A DNA stretch of 64,000 nucleotides from Mesotaenium endlicherianum. Lineage: Eukaryota. Below, piece after piece: positions 22,901 through 32,900 of the stretch. Each line of letters begins with the position of its first letter. Within the stretch, counting starts at the first letter, position 1. The notes beneath the pieces were generated by a model. The model made no database searches. It saw nothing but the letters and a program-made list of their open reading frames with translations, and was not told the DNA's origin. The translations under genes and the position numbers were made by a program. The stretch covers positions 124,025 through 188,024 of the forward strand of contig WELA01000963.1 in the NCBI GenBank assembly GCA_009602735.1. Reading direction: 5' to 3'.

Positions 22901-24268
22901 TCGGGATGGAGGAGCTCCGACCGGGCTGCTGCATCATCAAGCAATTCGACATCGTGCCCTTGCTGAGAGGAGCGCAGGCTGCCACAGGTGGGCCCCTGAT
23001 GAGCCGGGCCAGGTGGACGACGGGAGGGTGGTGGCTCAGCTGGACGGGGCGGAGGTGGTCGTAGACCTGGACAGGCTGGCCAGCTGCTTCGCGCAGCCGG
23101 TCGCAGGGAGGACGCACGCGGTGTTCGAGGAGCACGAATGGAGCGACGACGAGGAGGAGGGGGAGGAGGAGGAGGAGGAGGAGGAGGTGTGTGGCCTCGT
23201 CAACGAGCTGCTCGAGGACGTGAGGGGCCGCACGGGGGAGGGAGCTGGTTGCAGCGACTTCTGCAGCGAGGCCCGCTTGAAAGAGTTGATGATGAACGAG
23301 GCCAGCTCGCAGCCTGGTAAATGGCAGGGGGTTTGGTCATGCATTTCTCACGCTCTCACTCTCAGCTGCACTTTATTGCACGAGAAATGCACAGTAGGCA
23401 TCAGCGATTGCTGAATGAATCTGTTGTGCTCTCGAACTGGCTGGGTGGGGGGGNNNNNNNNNNNNNNNNNNNNNNNNNNNNNNNNNNNNNNNNNNNNNNN
23501 NNNNNNNNNNNNNNNNNNNNNNNNNNNNNNNNNNNGGGGGGGGGGGGGGGGGGGAGGGGGGGGTCCTTGTCCGGCCCCGCACATGTAGTCAAAGGCGATG
23601 GCTGCGCTGCAAACTACGGCTTGGAGGAGGACGTCGACGATGACGATGTCGAGTGGCACTTACCCCGTCAGACCGAGGGTGAGTTCTCTCCATGCGCTGC
23701 CATAACTATGCACCGAGGTCCTAGCATTGTTTCTCCATCGAAGAGGCAAGCGCTGACTACGATGCTTTCCTTCTCGATGGGGGGCTTCACAGAAACAAAA
23801 GGGGAGAGCAGCCTGCTCCACGACAGCGAGGAATGAGCCACGGCAGTCACTACAGCCGACAAGGTCGGTCCACCCTCTCGCAATCTCTCGCCCCCTTCAC
23901 CGGGTAGCGTGTGGTGACTGTAGGCCACCTGTCATGGCGACGTGTGGCAGCACTTGGGTGCGGGGGAGGGAGTGGGATGTAGTCATGATTGTCGCGCCTG
24001 CTGCAACCCGTCCGAGGCGGCGGTGCCGCGCTCTGTGCTGGAGGCTGCCTTGGGCAAGTGTCCGTATGTTGTGCTAGATGGGCAGCGGCGTGACTTTTAT
24101 GCTCTCCCTTCTGTTCACCCGGGCCACAAGCAGAGCCCGGATATGAGTGATGAAAGCTGCAGTGGGCTGAATCAATATTTGTTTGTGTGCGCAGGTTGGG
24201 AGCGCGAAAGGTCCCCCCCTCAAGTCGGAGCTGTGTTGATTTCCCCGTTCCCGTATGCACGGAAGTGA
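13911..24268 (+). pseudogene. Multi-exon gene encoding two tyrosine-recombinase domains (YR-A about 13911-15764; YR-B about 20139-21869), a repeated helical linker and an acidic C-terminal tail; disrupted
   Basis: Exons include 13911-14612, 14762-15010, 15099-15206, 15351-15445, 15694-15764, 16084-16452, 16679-16853, ~17158-17332, ~17550-17803, 17955-18115, 18311-18563, 18712-19107, 19412-19530, 19678-19842, 19966-20590, 20787-21113, 21257-21425, 21588-21869, 21990-22388, ~22542-22687, 22848-23316, 23589-23678. YR-A residues: R(GPR) 14514, K(SKN) 14774, RSFR 15177-15188, Y 15710. YR-B residues: R(ALR) 20929, K(DSK) 21037, QSCR 21675-21686, Y 21816. Lesions: 1-nt deletion near 13990, TAG stops at 15749, 20085 and 20133, and a frameshift near 23000. 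The 3' end is uncertain. Confidence 0.75.
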
Positions 24269-24718
24269 GCCGACGTTCTTTCGTATACAATGTAGTGAAC
24301 AAGATCGCCGTATTGGCCCCCATATTCTTTGTAGCAGGCACGTTAGGGCTAGCGTACTCAGTCATTAGAGGCGCTTACCCACATGGGGTTTCCGACCATG
24401 GACCATGGCACATGTAAATTTGTGATTCATTGGTGATTATTTTGATTTGTATGAGCACCGACTGCATGTATTGAAATCCCCTCCCCCTACCCTTCCTCTG
24501 GCACCCGACTTTTAAGCACAGACGTGTTGTGGCGGTGATCCCCCGCCCACCCAGCTTCATTGGCGAATGTTTCGCCTGGTGACCGTCTCCACCGACCAAG
24601 TTCCGCGACCCCCGGGCGGGTCCGTTTTCGTTCGGTTTTTTTTTCGCTTCATTGGTGGATGTTTTGTCCACAGACTCCAAATCCCCGTTATGTTTTGCCC
24701 GCACCGACGTTCCACCTA

Positions 24719-25057
24719 GCTAGCTTCATTGGCGAATGTTTCGCGTGGTGGTCCTGCCTACGTACCCGGCAGGTGGATGAGGTCTCTTATTCAATTTTTG
24801 ACAAGCTAGCTTCATCAGCGAATGTTTCGCCTGGTGGTCCTGCCTATGTACCCGGCGGGTGGATGAGGCCTCTTATTTAATTTTTGACAAGCTAGCTTTA
24901 TCGGCGAATGCTTGGCCTGGTGGTCCTGCCTATGTACCCGGCAGGTGGATGAGGCCTCTTATTTAATTTTTGACAAGCTAGCTTCACTAGCGAATGTTCC
25001 GCCTGGTGGTCCTTGCCTTGATGCCTGGCAGGTAGATGGGGCCTCTCATTCAATTTT
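24719..25057. repeat. Tandem array of four ~86-bp units (starts 24719, 24805, 24891, 24977); further copies at about 24553-24581 (partial) and 28773-28850
   Basis: Unit consensus GCTAGCTTCATCGGCGAATGTTTCGCCTGGTGGTCCTGCCTATGTACCCGGCAGGTGGATGAGGCCTCTTATTTAATTTTTGACAA, read directly. Units differ by point changes only. Confidence 0.93.
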
Positions 25058-27410
25058 CCTTGTTTCATTATTTTGACGACAGGACCACGGCGCCACTTGC
25101 AAACGGGGGCTTCGACACCTCAAAGGGGAACCAGCCAGAACGAGCAGCAGCATCGATCACGAATGCGCAGCGGCAGCAACATCATGCATACACTTCTCGC
25201 TCGAATTCCTGCAGGCATGCAACAGTCATTGCACGTCCCGCCATTTCCTTCACTCCGCATTAGTCACTTTTATTTTGCGATCGAGGCTACATACGGCTAG
25301 CTAATACTATTGCATCCCGAACACTCTAATACGATAATGCTGCACCGAGACGGAGCACGCAGCATGACGACGCATTCCTTGCACGCGCCCCTACTAACAG
25401 TGCACACCACTGGCATGGTCGGGCGTCGCGAGAAGGGGTGCTGTTTGTTGTACCAGCATCATGCACCCATGCGTCCAGCAGTCCGGGAAGATCAAGAGTA
25501 CAGCGTGAAGCTCCCCTCCTCTCACTGCAACAATGCCACCACAAAAAAAAAAGAGACATGTGACAAGACTTTCGACGGGCTAGGTATAGGGAGAGCCACT
25601 GTCATGTATTAGCACAGACGAGTTCTGCTCGAATGTCTTCCCCGCACCCTCCCGTTTCTGGCCGTCCTTGCTGAAGCTGTGGTCAGACACAAGGGACATG
25701 GGGACATGGCAGGCAAGAGAGAATGCTGCTGGAACTCCGGTCGGACCGTTCTGCTCCTGGCCAGTTCACGCTGCATGCATGAGCCAGACGCAGGAGACAT
25801 GACAGGCTAGGGAGAGGGAGAGTCTACGCCATGCTCGTCATGCTCGTCAGTGCCGCTGGAAGCACCACTCTGATCCAGGCACTTTTCACGCAGAAGCAAG
25901 CAAGAGATATGACAGGCTAGCTCCTTCTTTTGACCTTTGCTTTTTAACTTCATTGCTGTTAGCAGGGAGTGTGCCTTCCTCTTCTCGCACACCAGCCCAC
26001 CACACTAGATCTGCCCTGCCTCGATTCCCCTAGCCGAGGAGCCTGGCGCCTGGCGTCCATTGACGTCCCACTAGCTGCATGTGACCACCACGCACCACGA
26101 GCTTCACACGCAGGTACACACTGCAGGCTCAGGTTCGTGCTCCTCACGACGCCCTCTCTCCTCCCGGGTGATATCTCGATGCCGCTGTTTGCACGATCTC
26201 ATCTGCAGCGAGCAAATTAATTGCAACCAGCTGCTGTTCACGTCAGCCGTGTCCACACCAAGGATAGGGATGCTGCTTGCAGAACCAGTTTCAGCCAGCA
26301 GCCCATGGGCTTCTACATTATGCAAGCCTGCTGACACAACAGGGCCGTGATGCACGCGCATCTGCGCTTGCAGATCACACCACATGGCAGTGCAGTGGTG
26401 CAGGTGCAGGGCAGGCCACATTCTTTGCCAGTTCCTCATGCACCGTCTACCCCTTCCTCTTGATGTGTCCTTGCCGTCACATGCATGCCGCTCTCGCTCT
26501 CTCCCCCTCACCAGCCTCAAATGCAAGTTTGCAGTCTTTGTTTGGTGCGGTAAAAGAGTGCTTAATTGTTGCTGATGTTGCTGTGGCATGCAACATCCTG
26601 GTGAGCGCACTGTAGCCGTTGTGTGTGCATAAAGCAAGTCTTATATCTCCTCTCGTCTCCGCGTGCGGGACCTGACTTGTGGAGGTGGTCGGGGTTTCTC
26701 CGCACATTTTGCAATTGTCCTTTGGAAAAACACAGAGAGTTTGAATCTTTTAAGTCTAATGCAACAATGTCAGGGTGGCCGAACGCGAGTCTGCAGAAAT
26801 CTGTCCTTTGAATACCCAGAAGGCAAATGCATACAGCTGTGTGGATGCAGTGCCCGCACTGTGACCTTCAGCTCGGCAGCCAGTCTTTGTTGCAACTTCA
26901 ATGATTACCACCCCTAGCTGGCGTGCGTCGCACAAGTGCCTCCTTGAAGCAGTTTCCTGACTGATCACAAAACGTTTTCTTGCACATGCAGGCTTCACGT
27001 CACACACACAAGCCCCCCCCCCTTCTTTCACGCTTGATTGGCGGCTGCATCATCTGACGTCAACCCAGATCCTACTCGCGCAACAGGCTTGCCAGGTTGG
27101 TGCTTCTCGCATGGCCCTCTTCTAGCACGAAGCTCTCTGGTTTGCCATTGCAATCTCTGCCTGAGCATATTGCACATGACTCTGCTCGACGCAGTGAGGC
27201 TCATCATGCGGTCTGCCATTCTCGCAGCCGAGCCCTGCTGTCCCCATCAACTGTCCCTCAATTCGTTGCCTCCTCTAGGCAATGATTTGGTCTCCCTCAC
27301 TATCTCCCTCTCTCCCCTCTCCATGTGTCCATCACACCCTCTCCCTCCCTCCTCTCCCTTTCCATTGCTCTAACTCCCTCCTTCTCCCCCTGGTTTCGCC
27401 GCTCTCGCAG

Positions 27411-27831
27411 GGTGGCCGCCCTCCCTCCGATGTCCGCCCTCCCCACACGGCGCGGGCGGGCGGCCAGTGCTGCCGAGCGCCTCGGGGGCCCCGAGGCCCG
27501 TTCGGGCGCCTTCGTCATCGGGGAGCTGCAGGAGGGACTGGAGAGGAGCAAGCAGAAGCGGCAGTGTGGCTTCTTCGGCTTCCTGCTGGAGTAGTTCAAG
27601 TCAAAGGTTGCCTTACTCCGGCGGGAGGTGGGCTTCACGGGGGAGCCGCTGGGGTCCTGCGCCAAGCGGGAACGCCACAATGAGTGGATGTTTTGGATGC
27701 GCAGCGGCAGCAAGTACGGTGGCGCGGGCCACACGAACGGGACTCTCGTCAAGTACAAAGGCGCGTTCCGCCGCTTTGCCCACGACCACCCCTCCATGGT
27801 GGAGGGCGGCGACGTCGAGGGGTTCGGCCAG
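27411..27831 (+). pseudogene. Truncated paralogous copy of the first YR-A exon
   Basis: Translates to MSALPTRRG...KQKRQCGFFGFLLE*FKS...EWMFWMRSGSKYGGAGHTNGTLVKYKGAFRRFAHDHPSMVEGGDVEGF, collinear with 13911-14340. It has the same cgcag|ggt acceptor and a TAG at 27592-27594. Confidence 0.92.
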
Positions 27832-28867
27832 GTTTTGACCGTCGTCTTTCCATCGTTTTTTTTCCTCTTTTTTTCGCCTCCCCTCCCTATTGTCACAACT
27901 GAGCGACTTTCAGGTCATGCAACGGGACCCAGGCGGGACCCGGCGCCACTTTGTAACGGGAACCCTCAACACCAGCCCAACTGAGCCCAACCCAGCCCAG
28001 CAGCTGCAAAGTGCTGCAAAGCTACATGACGCGAACATCCTTTGCATATGCATGTCCCGCCATTTCCTTCTCTCCACATTGCAGTCACTTAATTGCGAGC
28101 GGGGCCACATGCATATACAACTAGCCAATATTATTGCATCTCGAACACGCTGATACACTAATGTTTTACCCCAACGGAGCTTGCAGCATGACGACGACGC
28201 ATCCCTTGTGCGCGCCAGTATCACTGATTGAGCACACCACACACATCCTCGGGCGTCGCGAGAAGGAGTGCCACTCTCATGGCACCGTCGTCATGCACCC
28301 GTGCACCCGTCTGTCCAGGAGGATAGAGAGTGCAATGCCGCCATAAAGAGCAGACACAAGAAGAGTCACGACAGGCTAGATGAGGATGTGGCGTTCTAGG
28401 GAAGGAGAGAGAGAAATAGAGTCTCTTCCATGCTCGTGATTGCTGCTGGAATCTCTTCCTGCACCCGGCATTTTTTCGCTGAAGCAAGCCAGACACGGTA
28501 AGCTAGCTCCCTCCTTCCCCTCCCGATGATGTCTCGATGCTGCCGTCTGTTTGATCCGCAGCGAGCAGATCAATCACAGCCACCGCCATGCAGCTAACAT
28601 GTTCCCTGCTACCGCGCCTACAGAGCACACCACATACATGGCACTGCAGTGGTGCAGATTGCAGTGCAGGTAGGCACACATTCTCTGCCACTACCTCATT
28701 TGTTCTGACCGTCTCCACCGACCAAGTTCCGCGAATTTCGGGCGGATCCGTCTTATTTCTTTTTTAGATTTCGCTTCATCGGCGAATAATTCGCCTGGTG
28801 GTCCTGCCTATGTGTACCTGGCAGGTGGATGAGGCCTCTTATTTAATTTTCTTTGTTTTTTTTTTCC

Positions 28868-29080
28868 GACGACAGGACCACGTCGCCACTTGTGAACGGG
28901 GGCTTCGACACCTCAAAGGGGGAACCAGCCAGAACCAGCAGCAGCATCGATCATGAATGCGCAGCAGCAGTCGTCGACCACGGCCCCACTTGTGGTTGGG
29001 GGCTTCGACACCTCGAAGGGGGAACCAGCCAGAACCAGCAGCAGCATCGATCACGAATGCGCAGTAGCAGCAGCAGCATC
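28868..29080. repeat. Two tandem ~100-bp units within the element end module; a single copy at about 25075-25185 and a diverged one near 27940
   Basis: The sequence GACCACG..CCACTTG..GGGGGCTTCGACACCTC.AAGGGGGAACCAGCCAGAACCAGCAGCAGCATCGATCA.GAATGCGCAG recurs. Confidence 0.88.
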
Positions 29081-29906
29081 ATGCATTCACTTCTCGCTCG
29101 AAGTCCTGCAGGCATGCAACAGTCATTGCATGTCCCGCCATTTCCTTCACTCCGCATTAGTCACTTTATTTTGCGAGCGAGGCTACATACGGCTAGCTAA
29201 TATTTGGCTACGTGTTCTGACTTTATTGGCTGGTACGTACTTGAAGTACGTCTTTTCATTCAACGATTGGCTGTTTCGTACTCATTGTACCACACCTCCA
29301 CTTTGATTGGTGATTTGCCGCACCCACTCATCAGAAATTTACGAACATGGTACGGTTGAGTACGAACATTTACCAAGGTCAACAGTCGTTCTCTGGTGGG
29401 CGTCAACTGAAATGTGAGTGCTCTCAACTCCGCTCACGCTTAACCAACTTTTGAACCATCCTTATTGAGCTAGTCCTCTCGCTTTGCTTCGGCCCGGGAG
29501 GGACCCGAACCCATCGAGCATGCAGTGTGACAGCCCTCTCGTCCATGAAAGAGCATCATCACCTTGGTCGATTCCGGCAGAATCGTTCGTTCGTCCTTCG
29601 AATTCTTCGAACTGCCATGCATTTCCTGTTGCTTAATTCTCAAACACCGCCATTAAGATCGTGGGCTCACCCACGTCTCCCATGCTTCAATGCCCACCGT
29701 TACTTTCACGATCCAAATATAAAACAAACTCCACTACGTCTCTGCTTTCAGAACGGGACAATCTTCTAGTGTCAGGACAAGGTAAATCCTATGAAAAACT
29801 TTTTATCGTCGAAGAGTGTCTAACATTGTTCACAACAGGACCGCGATTAGTAAGTTCGTAAAAGTCCTGTTTAGCACGTCTCTTGGTCCGACTTACACAC
29901 GCGACT

Positions 29907-32900
29907 CTACTTCTTAGCACAGGCTGCCCCTGGGAAGGAGAGAAAAACTGCACCAAATGCAGCAGCCAGCGCTGTGATGCAAGAAACCCAATACGCATGT
30001 GCCATCCGTCCCGCAGGGATGTTCCAAATGGGCCCCACATCGTCAGATGTATGAGCCCACACAGCTTTCAACCACATGAATTCTACATTCTTCATACTTT
30101 TGTGTTCTAGGCCGCATCCACACCCACGAGCAGATAAGTCTGGGCACTGTGGATGAGTCCTGCAGCTACGACTGGCAAAGACGTGGGGCAGCGCAAAGTG
30201 CACAAGACCCGCACCTGCTCGTGCTTTGCCTCCGTGGCAGCTCTGGGGAACCACAGCCTGCGCATACACAGGAGCAAATTAGACAGGGACAGAAGGGCCC
30301 GAAGAATTCTATGGCGGATGTCACGAAGCAAGTGCTGTGCATGCTGCTGGAGCTGCTTCTTATGCCTGCATTCGGCTTGCACCCTGTGGCAAGACACTCT
30401 CCATGCAGGCGCAGCTTGCAGCAAAGGAAGACCGGCGAGCTCTTTCGCCACACCATCCCCCTTGTGTCCCTCCCGCTTTCACCTTCTCAACAAATGCCCA
30501 CACATTTGCGCGTGCATACAAGCACACGGAAACATTCGAAAGGCACGAGCGCATGCACGCTCAGACAGTGCACTCATCCCCACATCTCAGGCAACAACTG
30601 CTTCTAGTCGGCAAAGTAAGAACACAAGTGAGTGAAATGGAGTGGAGGGGAGCAGGAGGGGGAGGGGGCGACCGAAAGAGAGGAAGACACGTACAGGATA
30701 TCTGGCGTGCAGCGGCAGCGCCACCTGCACGTCCCCCTTGAGGAGGCACTTGCCAGCTCGGCAAGGCTCTGCCAAGGCAAGCTCCACGCGAGTCTGCAGC
30801 GTGACTAGGGACTGCCGGCTCTGAGGAGACGGACGCTCCAGATCCGTACATCCATAGACTTGGACGTCCACACCTGCAGTGAACGACACCATCACACATC
30901 CGCTTTTGTTCGTACTTGAAGTCAAAACTGTATCTGAAAGAGACAATAAGTACCTGCATATGAAAACTAATCATATTATATCGTGGACATATGTCAGTGA
31001 CTACTACCAACACGCATAGTGGGTAAATTCTGTAAAGAGTCGTCCACAGTAACAACTTGCGCACAAGAACGCGTGCGCATGTATGTGAAAATGTGCCGTA
31101 AGCGTTCGTGACCTAGTTTGCACGTCGGGCAAGTGGGCACACCGTCATGGAGCCGTGACATATGGGTGCATGCGCTAGCTCGATTATGTGAGGGGGCTCG
31201 CTGTCTTAAACAAGAAGAGCGAGCGGCACATTCCTGTCTGGTGTACTTGGTGGTGGAGTTGACAATGACCTGTTCTATGACTCCACCCTCGTCTGGGGAC
31301 CACAGCATGCTCCAGTGCAGCAGCAGTCTGGCGTGCCAGCAGACGTCCAGAGGAGCATCAGAGGCCCCAAAAGTGCTAAAACGCTTTAAAAGAAACCCGA
31401 CCCTCCAGAACAACATCTCTACATGGTAGGTGAAGTCACCGTTGCGCCGCACTTCCATTTACAGCATCAAGCTCACTCACCTTCAAGTTGCTGGAGCTCA
31501 AAGGTGTCTGCAAACACGCCACTTGGCAGATGCTCAACGAGCATGACTGTCACAGGCAGCGTCAAATTGGCCCCGACTGGTCCCCCACTATGCTCGCTCG
31601 CAGCTTCACCTCCCTCCTGCTGAAGCGGCATCTCCACGTCGCACCACTTGTACAGCTCAAAGAACGTGCGCAGCTCCCGATGGCTGCCTTGGCCAATCAG
31701 AGTCCTCCTGAGGCCCATGACCAGCCATTCCTCGCCGCCCGTCCTGTTTGATGCTGAGGACGACGGTACGTGCTTCAAAAACTGCCATGTGTCACCACCT
31801 TCTGCATCTCCTGGCCTGTCGTGTGGTTGTCCACGAGGGCTCCACCTGGCATCTGCCATCAACTCCGTCTCCGTCTCCGACGCCGGCCGCTCACAATCAC
31901 GCTGTGAATGTGAATGCGGCGGCTGCTTGTCACAAGCTCCAGGAAGAGTCGCATCAGGAGCTCTTGCATGGGTGCTCGAGCTGTCGACGGCACTCGAGGG
32001 GGGGCCGAGGTCGCTGGGAGCAGCAGCCTCATCGTGGCCAGAGGGGAAGTGACGACTGCGAGGAGGCTTCTGGGCGTGCTGCGATGCAGGGGAGGCGCGT
32101 GCGACCTCGCTGAAAGTCACCGTCACTCCCCCTCCTCTTCCTTCTGCTCGTCCTGTTCCTCTGCGTGGTCCCCTCTCAAGCAACAAGCTGCTGCGCTGCA
32201 CCTGCAATCCAATCGTGCACGCCACCGCCCCCAACCCCCACCCGCCTCTCAAGGACCCACACACCCGCACACAAAGACCTCAGTGGCAGGCCTGTCATAG
32301 GCAAGCTCGCAGGTGAGTGCTGAGGCGTGCGCAGCATGAGCGCCTGGAGGATTTTGCGCCGGGCAGGCTCGATCTGCCAGGGCCAGCAGCAGCAGCCCTC
32401 TGCACGCCAGGCGGCCACGTTCCCCTGCGGCCCCATTTTGGCAGACTTCTCCTCCTCCTCCTCCTCCTCCGCCTCAGAGGATTGTGACGTCACGCCAGCA
32501 CCCCCTTCGTATTGACCAAGTCAACAGAAGCAGGCCCAGCCCAGCAAGACCGCGAGAGGGTCTGCTCGTGAAATTGACAAGTCCCTGCGCTTGTTATTCA
32601 GACCCTGTATCTACCATGCCACTCAGGATTGCAGAACTAAATCCATTCTAACGAGGAGCCAACCAGGAGTGGCATAGCTCACAGGATTGCTACACGTCGT
32701 TAGACCCGTAAACTGTAATTTGTCAATACGTACTGCCCTTTGCATCCACCCGCGAAGGACAAGGGGCGGAGGAGGAGGAGAAGGTAGGAGCATGCTGCAA
32801 GGGTGGGGGTGATTGGCCAGCCACCCGATGCATTCATGAACTTCAGTTGAATTTCTGCAGAAGGGAGCACAAGCGCAAGGAGGTTGGCAAGGACTGCACC

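Larger units (their letters stand above)
12026..29202 (+). mobile_element. Composite tyrosine-recombinase DNA element array: one near full-length decayed copy (about 12026-24579) plus three truncated same-orientation copies starting at 24580, 27836 and 28706
   Basis: The end motif TGACCGTCTC[T/C]ACCGACCA[G/A]GTTCCGCGA recurs at 12026, 24580 and 28706, with a degenerate TGACCGTC at 27836. Downstream blocks are shared between copies, YR coding sequence is present, and no host gene lies inside. The exact termini and target site are not established. Confidence 0.75.

Noticed and set aside
24719..25057. Possible CRISPR-like or guide-RNA array
   Set aside because: Units are similar along their whole length with no unique spacers, and no cas or other nuclease gene is nearby.
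12026..29202. DIRS/Ngaro retrotransposon assignment
   Set aside because: No gag, reverse transcriptase (YxDD) or RNase H motifs were found, and the YR gene is intron-rich, which favours a DNA element. The internal gaps are too short to hide an RT if sized correctly.
29460..29570. tRNA- or snoRNA-like motifs on the minus strand (GGGTTCGGGTCCC, TAGCTCAAT, GTGATGA)
   Set aside because: The A-box-like and T-arm-like pieces are in the wrong order, and I could not build a cloverleaf or a C/D box pair.
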